64,000 nucleotides of DNA, from NCBI GenBank assembly GCA_035455165.1, contig DATIFP010000249.1:4528-68527 (forward strand), read 5' to 3'. Below the pieces are notes generated by a model that was not told the origin of the DNA, made no database searches, and was given only the letters and a program-made list of their open reading frames with translations. Below are positions 1 through 9,089 of this stretch, in pieces; the stretch's first letter is position 1, and the number at the start of each line of letters is the position of its first letter. Position numbers and translations under genes: made by a program. This stretch comes from Blastocatellia bacterium (GTDB taxonomy: Bacteria > Acidobacteriota > Blastocatellia > UBA7656).

Positions 1-2
1 AC

Positions 3-479
3 ACATGGAATTTCCAGGCTATGCTCGCTCGCAGCGTCACGAAATACGTCAATGTGTTTTTCTCCCCTGCGGCCCACGTGAACTCAAACGGCGGCGATCG
101 GTTCAAGGAGTTCATATCCTCGGAGCCGCTCGCAACCAAGCTTCGGCTTGGGCAGCATTCGGGTTCGTTCGGGTTTGGCGTCAACGCGCAGATTCGGCCC
201 ACCACTTCGCTGTTGTTCGAGTTCACACCCCGAGTCGGATTCAAGATGGGGCAGATAGCTGCGGACTTCGATCCCGACACAGGACAGCTTGTCGGTTTCA
301 GAAACGAGTCAGAAGCCGAGATCGGATTTGGAATTGAGAAAAGGATAGGACGTCACGTGTTTTCGCTCACATTCTCAAACACTCAAACGACAACGACTGC
401 TCGTTACAACTCGAGCAACCTTGGGTTGTCGCAGGACAAATTCACAATTGGCTTCAATCTGTTCCGGCGACTGCGTTGA
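3..479 (+). CDS. C-terminal fragment of a beta-barrel outer-membrane-like protein (5' end lies outside the window)
   Basis: The frame is open from the window edge. It shows an alternating amphipathic strand pattern, G/N/S/T-rich turns and a C-terminal aromatic motif (GFNLFRRLR). No specific family was recognised. Confidence 0.35.
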   Translation, partial: TWNFQAMLARSVTKYVNVFFSPAAHVNSNGGDRFKEFISSEPLATKLRLGQHSGSFGFGVNAQIRPTTSLLFEFTPRVGFKMGQIAADFDPDTGQLVGFRNESEAEIGFGIEKRIGRHVFSLTFSNTQTTTTARYNSSNLGLSQDKFTIGFNLFRRLR

Positions 480-485
480 GTTGTT

Positions 486-1007
486 GTGAGCCTTGCGAGA
501 TCAGATAGAATCAAATTTTTCCCAAACAGACAGACGGAGGATACCGAGTTGAGAACCAGGCCAAACCTGATCGTGCTATTCGTGGCTGCAATTACGATAT
601 GTGTTTCGAGCTGTGCGAGGAGTGGTGAGCCGGGAAACAACCGGCCAGGCGCTCAGAACTCGAATGAAGCATCAAGTGCACGCGTCTTATATGTGGAGGA
701 AAGCGCGCGCGGAGATGTTGAGCGAGCGGCGCTGGCGGTGCAAACCGCGCTTGAAAACGCGCGCCAGAACAGGCTACAGCAAGCCATAGAGTATCTGCAG
801 GCCGCCGCTCAGCACATAGCCAAAACGACGACTGCCAATAGGCCGGATCAAAATAATGCGATGAGGTTTCAACCACTCATAGAGGAGATCAAGGGTTTTA
901 TTGGGGCTGCTTTGAACAGCGCGCGTAACGGGAGCTCCGAAACTACGGCTCAAATCGAGCAGGCTCGGACGGCCCTCAGCGGGCTTAAGGCGAAGATGGG
1001 AGGGTAG
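486..1007 (+). CDS. hypothetical lipoprotein
   Basis: GTG start. A hydrophobic segment ends in a lipobox-like VSSC. The remainder is a low-complexity helical region. Confidence 0.4.
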   Translation: MSLARSDRIKFFPNRQTEDTELRTRPNLIVLFVAAITICVSSCARSGEPGNNRPGAQNSNEASSARVLYVEESARGDVERAALAVQTALENARQNRLQQAIEYLQAAAQHIAKTTTANRPDQNNAMRFQPLIEEIKGFIGAALNSARNGSSETTAQIEQARTALSGLKAKMGG

Positions 1008-1062
1008 CGCATCGCTTGAGCGCTTTTCCAGTTGCCTTCGCCCGTCAACGGCACGTAGCCGA

Positions 1063-2451
1063 TCACCCGGAGAGAACCTTCAGATTCAACAGCAGCGTTG
1101 CAATACCGAGGAATGAGAAAAAGCCTGCCACATCCGTGCAGGTGGTCACAAAAACCGACGAAGCCACGGCAGGATCAATGTTCAACCTTCTGAGGACAAC
1201 CGGGAGGAGCGTCCCCGCGACACCCGCAACCACCATGTTGATGATCATTGCGGCCGCTATTATCCCACCCAGCCACACGTTTCGATAGAACGCGGCGACG
1301 ACTGCCGCACACACCAGCCCGTTGATAACACCATTTCCGAATCCGACGATTGATTGCTTGAGGGTGACCCGGGTGGTGTTGACAAGTTCGTTGAGCGCCA
1401 ATCCCCTGATGATAACGGTCAGCGTCTGAGTCGCTGCGTTTCCTCCCATCCCCGCAACAATGGGCATCAGGACCGCGAGCTGAGGCAACCGTTGTATCGA
1501 GCCTTCGAAACGCGACACCACCCACGAGGCGAGGAATGCCGTCGCAAGGTTCACGAGAAGCCATGGCGCTCGCAACCTGAGCGAGCGCGCCGGACGCGTC
1601 TCCACTCGCTCCTCCGTCGAGACGCCGGCCAGCGCAAGCAGGTCTTCCTCTACTTCTTCCTGCAGCACATCTATGACGTCGTCTACGGTGACGATTCCCA
1701 CCAGCTTGCCTTCATCATCGACGATTGGAATCGCCAACAGATTGTACTCGGCCACCAGCCTCGCTACTTCTTCCTGGTCCGCGGTCGCTTTTGCGCTTAT
1801 GACGTCCTGGGCCATTATGCGTTTCAACTGAGTGGCTGGATGCGTTGTGAGAAGTTTTCTCAGACTGACCACTCCGACCAGGTGGTCGCGTTTGTCCACC
1901 ACGAAGACATAGAAGACCATCTCGAATTCTTCCGATCGCTTCTGCAGTGCGGCGACCGCTTCGGCGATGGTGACGTCCTCATCAAGCGCGAAGTAGTTTC
2001 GAGTCATGATTCGGCCGGCCGTCTGGGCTTCGTGCTCGAGCAACTCGCGGACGTCCGCAGCCGGTTCGGCCTCCATCAACGCCAGCACTTGCCCCGCCAA
2101 CGAGTCGGGTAAGCACGAAGCGAGGTTGGTCGCGTCGTCCGCGGGCATCTCGCTCAGGTACTTCGCGATCTGAGAGGGTTCGAGTTCCTCCAAGAGCGGC
2201 ACGATATCGCCGGGAGCCATTTCACTGATCACGGATGCAACATGGGAGATTTCACTCTCGGTCAGGAGGATCTCGAACGCCCGTGCCCGCTCTGAGCCTC
2301 TCAAGGTCGACAGAAGGCGCGCTACTTCAACCGGATACGCTTTGGTGAGGATGCGCGCGAGTCGGGATCGCGCGCCTCGGTGCAGAAGCTTTCGAACTAC
2401 CGGCACCGTAATGCTCGAATGCAAGGCCGTCTTTGTTTGTGTGTCCATCAT
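1063..2451 (-). CDS. mgtE: magnesium transporter MgtE
   Basis: Has an MgtE N-domain, a tandem CBS pair and a C-terminal TM domain with PIVAGMGGNAATQT. The longest ORF reaches 2526, but the start is more likely at the MMDTQ methionines (2451/2448). Confidence 0.85.
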   Translation of the reverse strand: MMDTQTKTALHSSITVPVVRKLLHRGARSRLARILTKAYPVEVARLLSTLRGSERARAFEILLTESEISHVASVISEMAPGDIVPLLEELEPSQIAKYLSEMPADDATNLASCLPDSLAGQVLALMEAEPAADVRELLEHEAQTAGRIMTRNYFALDEDVTIAEAVAALQKRSEEFEMVFYVFVVDKRDHLVGVVSLRKLLTTHPATQLKRIMAQDVISAKATADQEEVARLVAEYNLLAIPIVDDEGKLVGIVTVDDVIDVLQEEVEEDLLALAGVSTEERVETRPARSLRLRAPWLLVNLATAFLASWVVSRFEGSIQRLPQLAVLMPIVAGMGGNAATQTLTVIIRGLALNELVNTTRVTLKQSIVGFGNGVINGLVCAAVVAAFYRNVWLGGIIAAAMIINMVVAGVAGTLLPVVLRRLNIDPAVASSVFVTTCTDVAGFFSFLGIATLLLNLKVLSG

Positions 2452-2717
2452 GACCTGGTCCGTCCGAGATCTCGGTTTGGGCTGCTGGTCGGCTCCCGCG
2501 GCGTCGCAATCGTGATTCTTGCGCACAAGAACCGGCGGATGCCGGACAGAAGTTCTCCATCATATTGCACCTGAAGCCGCGCCCGCAACGACTTAATTTA
2601 TTGGGACTTCTGGTTTGAACGTCCCCAAAACAACCGAGAATCCCGCTTCCAGCGAAACTTTACCTGTGCCAATCACGTAATTGAATTACGGAAGTGAATG
2701 TAAGGAGGCGAAGGATC

Positions 2718-3167
2718 ATGGGAAACGAGAGAGATTCATCTGGAGACGTGATTATCGAAGAGAAAACCTCAGGCGAGGATGACATCGTGGTGACCAGTAT
2801 GCCGAACGACGAAACGCGCCAGAAATCCGGGTTCGATGAACTGGCTTCATCCGTCAAGGAAGTCGCTCAAAAGACGGGTGAGGCTCTCAACAAAGCTACT
2901 GAGTCCATAGGAAAAGCCATCGAGTCGGCGCTGTCGGCCAGGGACCACGTCGTCATGGTACGGGTGAATGAGGACTCCCTCAAGAGCCTGGACGCGTTGG
3001 TTCAAACGGGGATCTTCAAGAGCCGATCGGAAGCGGCCGCGTTCTTGATCAGTGAGGGTGTCAAGGCTCAAGCGCCATTGTTCGAGCGCATCGCGGAGAG
3101 AATCAAGGAGATCGAGAGGCTGCAGGCTGAGCTCAAGGGCATTGTGAAACCGACCGAGAACCTTTGA
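2718..3167 (+). CDS. ribbon-helix-helix (CopG/Arc/MetJ-like) domain protein with acidic N-terminal extension
   Basis: AAGGAGG at 2702-2708 lies 9 nt before the ATG at 2718. The segment HVVMVRVNEDSLKSLDALVQTGIFKSRSEAAAFLISEG fits a beta-strand/helix/helix RHH pattern. Confidence 0.45.
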   Translation: MGNERDSSGDVIIEEKTSGEDDIVVTSMPNDETRQKSGFDELASSVKEVAQKTGEALNKATESIGKAIESALSARDHVVMVRVNEDSLKSLDALVQTGIFKSRSEAAAFLISEGVKAQAPLFERIAERIKEIERLQAELKGIVKPTENL

Positions 3168-3396
3168 GCAAAAGCGGACCGATATCGATCGGCAATGCGG
3201 TTTACTACCGACTGATCTGATGGATGGAGCTCCTTTGGGGCCGCGCCCAATACGCGGCCCGCAGAGCTAGGCTCGTGAAATTAATTCTTGGAGCTTAGGC
3301 TGGGCGCCCGGTAAGTCAATCCCTGCCGCAATGCTACCTATTCTCAAACTCTCTTCGGACCCTTTCCTCCTCGATCCTCTGACAACCTATCCGAGT

Positions 3397-3425
3397 TTGG
3401 TGACGCCGGGCGTTGTTTGTATAAT
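3397..3425 (+). promoter_or_regulatory. sigma-70-like promoter (TTGGTG-17 nt-TATAAT) upstream of the radical SAM gene
   Basis: -35 TTGGTG at 3397-3402, a 17-nt spacer and a perfect -10 TATAAT at 3420-3425, about 40 nt before the ATG at 3466. Confidence 0.5.
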
Positions 3426-3465
3426 CTCACTGGCAAATGGCGAATGATCACTAACGGAGGAATCC

Positions 3466-4617
3466 ATGAGGGCGACTTCCCTGCCGGCTGAATTGAGGGA
3501 GATAGGTGAAAAAGTTGACAATGAGGTGAGGCTCTCTTTCGAGGATGGGATTACTCTCTTCCAATCCGACGATCTGCTGGGCGTTGGAGCGCTCGCCAAC
3601 AGCGTACGCGAACGGATCAATGGCGATTTCACCTATTACAACGTGAATCGCCATCTGAATTATACCAACGTGTGTATCTCCGACTGCGCTTTCTGTGGGT
3701 TCTACCGTCGTGTCCGCCATCCCGAAGCTTACGAATGGTCAGTCGAGGAATGCGTGGAAATAGCACGTAAGGCCTATGCGGAGGGCGCTCGCGAGCTGCA
3801 CATCGTGGGGGGGTTGCATCCTCGTCTTCAGTTCGACTACTACTCTTCGCTGCTCAAGGAGCTGAAGCGCAACTTTCCCGACATGCACTTGAAGGCTCTC
3901 ACGATGGTCGAACTGGATCACCTCACCAGGGTCTGCAGGATGACCGATGAAGAAGTGATCGAAGGGCTGGTCGCCGCGGGACTGGATAGTTGTCCGGGAG
4001 GCGGCGCCGAGATTTTCCGCGATCCCACTCGCAGCCGCATTTGCGCGCACAAGACCTCCGGTGAACGCTGGCTGGAGCTGGCGGAAAAGGTTCACAGGCG
4101 CGGCATTCACACGAACGCGACAATGCTTTACGGGCACATCGAATCTCTCGAAGATCGAGTGGATCATCTGGTCAAGCTGCGAGAGCTTCAAGACAAGACC
4201 AACGGGTTCATGTGCTTTATCCCACTCGCCTTTCATCCCAAAGGCACTGACCTTTCACATCTTCCCGGCCCAACCGGAATCGATAGCCTCAAGACAATCG
4301 CGGTCTCGAGGTTGATGCTCGACAACATACCGCACATAAAAGCGTACTGGGTGATGCTAGGCAAGAACCTGGCGCAAGTAGCTCTGCGGTTTGGGGCCGA
4401 TGATCTGGATGGAACGATCAACGAGGGAGGCTCTTTGATGGAGTCGTATCTCGCCGAGGGCAATGATAACCAGTTGACCAAAGCAGATATCGAGGAGATG
4501 GTCCGCGGCGCCGGTCGAGTCCCTGTCGAGCGCGATACGCTGTACCATCCGATGCAGATCAACTCAACATCCACCCGGATGCCGGGTCCACAGTCCACCC
4601 TGCCGGTTTTGACTTGA
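3466..4617 (+). CDS. futalosine-pathway radical SAM enzyme (MqnE/MqnC/CofH-like)
   Basis: [17 protein letters not shown] carries the CxxxCxxC radical-SAM motif in the context typical of MqnC/MqnE. The fold pattern is TIM-barrel-like. I cannot distinguish MqnC from MqnE by eye. Confidence 0.65.
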   Translation: MRATSLPAELREIGEKVDNEVRLSFEDGITLFQSDDLLGVGALANSVRERINGDFTYYNVNRHLNYTNVCISDCAFCGFYRRVRHPEAYEWSVEECVEIARKAYAEGARELHIVGGLHPRLQFDYYSSLLKELKRNFPDMHLKALTMVELDHLTRVCRMTDEEVIEGLVAAGLDSCPGGGAEIFRDPTRSRICAHKTSGERWLELAEKVHRRGIHTNATMLYGHIESLEDRVDHLVKLRELQDKTNGFMCFIPLAFHPKGTDLSHLPGPTGIDSLKTIAVSRLMLDNIPHIKAYWVMLGKNLAQVALRFGADDLDGTINEGGSLMESYLAEGNDNQLTKADIEEMVRGAGRVPVERDTLYHPMQINSTSTRMPGPQSTLPVLT

Positions 4618-4651
4618 GACGGCTGAGCGCTCTGCTCTCGGCGCTCATCGG

Positions 4652-5680
4652 TCACGGCACGAGAACAACTTTTCCAAATTGCGCCCGGTCTTCGATCGCC
4701 TTATGAGCCTCCTGAGCTTTTTCGAGCGGAAGTGCTCGATCGACTACGGGCTTCAATCTCCCATCCTCGAAGAACCTCATCACCTCAACCAGTTCGGCTT
4801 TGGCTCCCATATAGGACCCGTGAAGGCTAATCTGCCGAGAGAATAAGTACCTGATATCCAGGTTGCCCTTGAAGCCCGATGTTGCGCCACAGGTCACAAG
4901 CCTGCCGCTTCGCGCGAGGCTCCGAACGCTTTTCTCCCAGGTTGCTTCGCCAGTGTGCTCGAAGACAACATCGACCCCACGCTTCGCGGTCAACCGCCTC
5001 ACGGCGTCGAGGAAATCTTCTTGCCCATAGTTGATCGTTTCGTCGGCCCCAAGCGTCCTGGCCTTGTCGAGCTTGGAGTCAGTGCTCGCCGTGGCGAAAA
5101 CGCGAGCGCCCAGCAGCTTTCCAATTTGAATCGCAGCCGAGCCGACTCCGCTCCCGGCAGCGTGCACAAGCAGGGTTTCACCAGCCTTCAGATTGACCCT
5201 TTCCCTCAGCATGTGCCACGCGGTCAAGAACACCAGCGGTATCGATGAAGCTTCTTCAAAGGTAAGGTTATCCGGCTTGGGAATAACATTAAAAGACGGT
5301 GCCTTCACGTAATCGGCGTAACCGCCATCAGCCCGATAACCCAGTATGTCATAGGAAGCGCAAAGATTATCGCGCCCCGATAGGCAGAACCAGCAGTGCA
5401 TGCACGATACGCCAGGGGAAAGTACGACCTCCTGACCCGGTCGGACACTGTTAACCAAACTACCGGTTGCCTCAACCACGCCGGCGATGTCCGAGCCCAG
5501 CACGTGCGGCATCGGAAACTCGATGCCAGGCAGACCCTTCCGTACCCAAACGTCGAGGTGGTTTAGCGCGCAGGCTTTCACTCGAACCAGGACCTCGTTC
5601 TCTTTTATCGACGGATCGGGAAGCTCGGTTAGTTCGAGGACTTCGGAGCCTCCGTGTCGATTAATCACAACCGCCTTCAT
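4652..5680 (-). CDS. zinc-type medium-chain dehydrogenase/reductase (quinone oxidoreductase/alcohol dehydrogenase family)
   Basis: MKAVVINRHGG..., GSDIAGVV and the Rossmann motif AAGSGVGSAAIQ. AAGGAG lies 7 nt before the ATG at 5680 (the longest ORF reaches 5749). Confidence 0.8.
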   Translation of the reverse strand: MKAVVINRHGGSEVLELTELPDPSIKENEVLVRVKACALNHLDVWVRKGLPGIEFPMPHVLGSDIAGVVEATGSLVNSVRPGQEVVLSPGVSCMHCWFCLSGRDNLCASYDILGYRADGGYADYVKAPSFNVIPKPDNLTFEEASSIPLVFLTAWHMLRERVNLKAGETLLVHAAGSGVGSAAIQIGKLLGARVFATASTDSKLDKARTLGADETINYGQEDFLDAVRRLTAKRGVDVVFEHTGEATWEKSVRSLARSGRLVTCGATSGFKGNLDIRYLFSRQISLHGSYMGAKAELVEVMRFFEDGRLKPVVDRALPLEKAQEAHKAIEDRAQFGKVVLVP

Positions 5681-5767
5681 GCCTTGCTCCTTATTCTGAC
5701 TCGATTCGAGATGTCGAACGAGAATAGCATTGCGATTGCAGGCGATCAACGAACGGCCTATTTATTT

Positions 5768-5795
5768 TTGAGCGTGGCCATAGGGCTGGTATAAT
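5768..5795 (+). promoter_or_regulatory. extended -10 promoter (TTGAGC-16 nt-TGgTATAAT) upstream of the TetR gene
   Basis: TGGTATAAT at 5787-5795 and a -35-like TTGAGC at 5768-5773. It lies in the divergent region between the MDR dehydrogenase and the TetR regulator. Confidence 0.45.
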
Positions 5796-5840
5796 GCGAA
5801 TTGCAGTTCTGAACAAGGTGTAGATCATCGGAGGTACTAC

Positions 5841-6479
5841 ATGGGTGAGGCGATTGGGCTGAGTCTGCCATCGGACCCGAAACAGGCCCGCAGCAGAAAA
5901 ACCCGGGAAAAGATAATCCAGGCAGCGATCAGGTTGTTCCGCCAACGCGGATACGAAAAGACCACTTCCAACGACATAGCGTCAGAAGCCGGAGTCAGTG
6001 TCGGATCCTTTTACGCGTACTTTACCGACAAACGACAGCTTTTGCTTACAATTTTCGACCGGCTTGCGGATGAGCTGTACAAGAACATTTTCGATGGTCT
6101 CACGCCGGAACATCTCTTCGACTCACACCTGAGGAGTCGCATCAGGCAAGCGGTCGCAAACACGATAACCGATAAACAAAAACACTCGGGGCTTCATCGA
6201 GTTGTGTGCGAGCTTCTGCTCAAGGACAACGAATTCGCCGCGCGACACAAGGCCGTGATGGAGCGCTCGATTGCAAAGCTCCAGGAACTCATTTCGCTCG
6301 CGCACAAAGCCGGTCTGACGTGGGAAATCGACGTCGAGGCTGCCGCCTTCATAGTTCACAGAGTTGTTTTTGATTTGTCTCAGGATTATGTGACAGGCTC
6401 TTGTGAGTTCGACGAGCAGCGTGCGATAGACTCGCTGACAGATATGATTTATCGGTTCGTGTTCAAGCCCAGAGATTGA
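5841..6479 (+). CDS. TetR/AcrR family transcriptional regulator
   Basis: N-terminal HTH signature RGYEKTTSNDIASEAGVSVGSFYAYF, followed by a helical ligand-binding domain. Confidence 0.85.
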   Translation: MGEAIGLSLPSDPKQARSRKTREKIIQAAIRLFRQRGYEKTTSNDIASEAGVSVGSFYAYFTDKRQLLLTIFDRLADELYKNIFDGLTPEHLFDSHLRSRIRQAVANTITDKQKHSGLHRVVCELLLKDNEFAARHKAVMERSIAKLQELISLAHKAGLTWEIDVEAAAFIVHRVVFDLSQDYVTGSCEFDEQRAIDSLTDMIYRFVFKPRD

Positions 6480-6871
6480 TCGGCATTCTCGCCCTGCTCC
6501 GTCAAATCGTCCGTCAGGTTGGCGCTCAAGCCGGTAATGACCATGCCCGGCCGCACATATAATCGACAGGCCAAGGCCGATCTGATCTCGCCCTCCTCTG
6601 ATTGATACCAGATCTGACAGTTCGCACATTCGCCGTTCCAGCAGTAATCGCCAACAGAAACGCGATCCATCTTGATGTACTGAAAACATCGAAGGAGCTT
6701 GTTGTTTTCGGGGACCATCGTTCGGCTACTACAGACTTCTATCTCCACCAACTCCTTAAAGCTTTCGAAGAGTCCTTCTCTGAGCTCTGAACAATCCACG
6801 AGATATCTCCAACGGAGGGAAGATCTGCGGGGCTTGGCGGGGATTCTACAGGAGGAGCCATCCGGTGGCAA
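6449..6871 (-). CDS. (2Fe-2S)-binding ferredoxin-like domain protein (start uncertain)
   Basis: The Cys pattern C-x4-C-x2-C...C (DYCWNGECANCQIW...ALACRLY) resembles the 2Fe-2S domains of sarcosine/opine oxidase alpha-type proteins. The true start is probably internal to the longest ORF. Confidence 0.4.
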   Translation of the reverse strand: MPPDGSSCRIPAKPRRSSLRWRYLVDCSELREGLFESFKELVEIEVCSSRTMVPENNKLLRCFQYIKMDRVSVGDYCWNGECANCQIWYQSEEGEIRSALACRLYVRPGMVITGLSANLTDDLTEQGENADQSLGLNTNR

Positions 6872-6876
6872 AGGAA

Positions 6877-7554
6877 TCAGCGGCGCTCTCGCATCTCGAC
6901 CCTGTCGTCAAACCCGACGACGAGCGTGTCCGCGATGCCAATGAACAGCCCCGATTCGATCACACCCGGAACGAGCTTGATTTGGCGTTCAAGAGCGGGG
7001 GCGTCATCTATGGCGCCGAAGTCGCAATCCAAAATGTAGTGGCCGTTGTCGCTCAAGAAAGGCTCGGTGCCAAGCGTGCGCAAGCTCACGCTGCAGCCCA
7101 TCTGATCCAGCAGTCTGGCCGAAAACTTCCACGAGAACGACAACACCTCAATAGGAAGCGTGCGAGCAGCGCCCAGGCGTGTGACCAGTTTGCTCTCGTC
7201 TACCAATATGACTCGCGTTTTCGATGCCAGCGCGACGAGTTTCTCGCGCGTGAGCGCCCCACCGCCGCCTTTTATCATGTTGAAATCCGAGTCAATCTCG
7301 TCCGCCCCATCGAGGGTCACATCGATTCCGTTCACTTCGTTGAGATCCAAGAGCGGGATGCCAAGATCCGTCGCGAGCTTCTGTGTTGCGATAGAAGTAG
7401 GTACGCCCGTGAATGAAAGCCCTTGGCTCGCAAGCCTCGCCAATCCTTCGATTGCAAACTTGGCTGTCGATCCGGTGCCCAGGCCAACAACTTGACCGTC
7501 TTGAATCATCTCAATCCCGCGTTCAGCCGCTCGTTTTTTCGATTCGTCTTTCAT
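6877..7554 (-). CDS. rpiA: ribose-5-phosphate isomerase A
   Basis: GLGTGSTAKFAIEGLA, DGADEID and KGGGGALTREK motifs. Length is 225 aa. Confidence 0.9.
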   Translation of the reverse strand: MKDESKKRAAERGIEMIQDGQVVGLGTGSTAKFAIEGLARLASQGLSFTGVPTSIATQKLATDLGIPLLDLNEVNGIDVTLDGADEIDSDFNMIKGGGGALTREKLVALASKTRVILVDESKLVTRLGAARTLPIEVLSFSWKFSARLLDQMGCSVSLRTLGTEPFLSDNGHYILDCDFGAIDDAPALERQIKLVPGVIESGLFIGIADTLVVGFDDRVEMRERR

Positions 7555-7756
7555 CGTCCTCTTCTTCGCTCAGGATTCGATTTGGCGCGGCAAAAGATAT
7601 CACTCGCATCGTGATTTGATCAAATATCTCAACCGGGGCCTCGGCTCTAGCACCCGGTGCGCGCGCCTGACAGCTGCCGCGCTTGGCAGGTCTACATCGC
7701 TTTGTTAGACTACCCGCACTGACGGAGCAGCAGACCATAAAGCGGAGAAACACTGA

Positions 7757-7972
7757 GTGGAAGTCAGAATATACACCAAGCCCGGCTGTCCTTACTGTGA
7801 AATGGCTCGCGAGTTCTATAACCAGAGGGGTATTCCATTCCAAGACTTGAACGCGCAGGATAATCTGGACCTCCGCCGGGAAATGCTGTCGATAACCAAA
7901 GGAGATCCTACGGTACCGGTAATCGTCGAGGACGGTAGGCTAAAACAAATAGGGTGGGAAGGTCGCGGCTGA
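7757..7972 (+). CDS. glutaredoxin-like protein (CPYC), possibly extended to 7984 by UGA=Sec
   Basis: RIYTKPGCPYCEMAREFY and TVPVIVEDG are the thioredoxin-fold glutaredoxin signature. The ORF ends ...GRG-TGA-ACC-GTC-CAC-TAA (see findings). Confidence 0.8.
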   Translation: MEVRIYTKPGCPYCEMAREFYNQRGIPFQDLNAQDNLDLRREMLSITKGDPTVPVIVEDGRLKQIGWEGRG

Positions 7973-7985
7973 ACCGTCCACTAAA

Positions 7986-8003
7986 GTCGGGCGGTCGCCC
8001 GGC
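7986..8003 (+). promoter_or_regulatory. hairpin GUCGGGC-GGUC-GCCCGGC (candidate SECIS-like element or terminator)
   Basis: A 7-bp stem including one G-U pair with a GGUC loop, starting 14 nt after the UGA at 7970-7972. No U-tract follows. Confidence 0.35.
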
Positions 8004-8033
8004 GCGAAAACCAAATCGAAAACACAAACAAAA

Positions 8034-8408
8034 ATGACTACAACCGCGATAGAGCGAAGATTCGAAGGCCCATTCAAAGAGCAGCTCCTTGAGCTCGCGA
8101 GCCTCATCGAGTGGCTCCAAACCGAACACGATAAGTCCTATGTAAAAGCCGGCGACAACAAAGTCTACGCCTTTGGCGGAGACGGCTTTGTGCTCGTGCT
8201 GGATGAATCGGTCTGGGATGGACAGATCGAATTGATAACCCCGCAGGGCGGCGTTGCCCTCAAGCCTGGTGACGATGGCAAGATCAGCGTGGCGGGCTCG
8301 GCCTCCGAAGATGAGTCGACCTTGAAACAACGGCTGAGAGAAGGAATAGACGGCATACGCCGCTATTACGACAACCGCTACTGGAGCACGCCGACTACAG
8401 CGGCGTAG
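8034..8408 (+). CDS. hypothetical protein
   Basis: Clean 124-aa ORF with codon usage like its neighbours. No recognisable motif. Confidence 0.4.
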   Translation: MTTTAIERRFEGPFKEQLLELASLIEWLQTEHDKSYVKAGDNKVYAFGGDGFVLVLDESVWDGQIELITPQGGVALKPGDDGKISVAGSASEDESTLKQRLREGIDGIRRYYDNRYWSTPTTAA

Positions 8409-8439
8409 TATCGGCAACCCCTCCGGAGCCCCGGCGAGG

Positions 8440-9006
8440 TCAATCAAACTCGCCAAGCGCAGAAAGGCAAGCTCTCACCAACGAAACTGGGCTGGAGTCG
8501 AAAAGCAGTTTCGACCGGGTTGGCTTGGTCGACAGTGAGCCGACCTGCCGAACCATGTCAGCAGTACCTCCCGTGCCCTCAAGTACGCCTATTACTTTCC
8601 CTTCATCGTAAGCAATCGTGAACTCGTTGAGCGTCCCAACGCCTCCGCCGAAGATGATCACGATATCGCAGGCTCGCACGTTGATCACATTACGTCCCTT
8701 CAAACCGAATCCAGTGTAAATGATGATGTCGGCTCCGTCGTCCGGGAGCCGATACTTCGACACATGCTCCTCCCTCGACATAGCAGGCGAGATGCCGACA
8801 CTCAAGCCTCCGTGTCGTTGCACCGAACGGGAGACTATTTCCGGGATTCCGGTCGTTGCACCAGTCACCAGGACGGAGCCACTCTCAGCTATCACCTGAC
8901 CAAGTTCATCTGCGAGGCGAATCAGCCCGACCTCTTCGGTCTGACTTATCCCCGTACCCGAAGAACCCATCACCCCAATTTTCACTTTCCGCAGCGACCT
9001 GTCCAT
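8440..9006 (-). CDS. TIGR00725/LOG-like (SLOG superfamily) Rossmann protein
   Basis: KIGVMGSSG..., VTGATTGIPE and GGGVGTLNE motifs are typical of the lysine-decarboxylase-like/LOG fold. The start is either ATG 9006 or TTG 9033. Confidence 0.6.
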   Translation of the reverse strand: MDRSLRKVKIGVMGSSGTGISQTEEVGLIRLADELGQVIAESGSVLVTGATTGIPEIVSRSVQRHGGLSVGISPAMSREEHVSKYRLPDDGADIIIYTGFGLKGRNVINVRACDIVIIFGGGVGTLNEFTIAYDEGKVIGVLEGTGGTADMVRQVGSLSTKPTRSKLLFDSSPVSLVRACLSALGEFD

Positions 9007-9089
9007 GAGCTCGAGCCTAGCTTGATCCCACAAAGCATTAAAGGTGACACATGAAGCCCGCAGAGCCCCAACGCTTCACACGAACTAAT

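Noticed and set aside
2452-2693. Possible Mg-sensing M-box riboswitch in the ~240-nt region upstream of mgtE.
   Set aside because: I could not recognise the conserved M-box core or a convincing multi-helix fold by eye. It needs an Infernal/Rfam scan, so it is not claimed.
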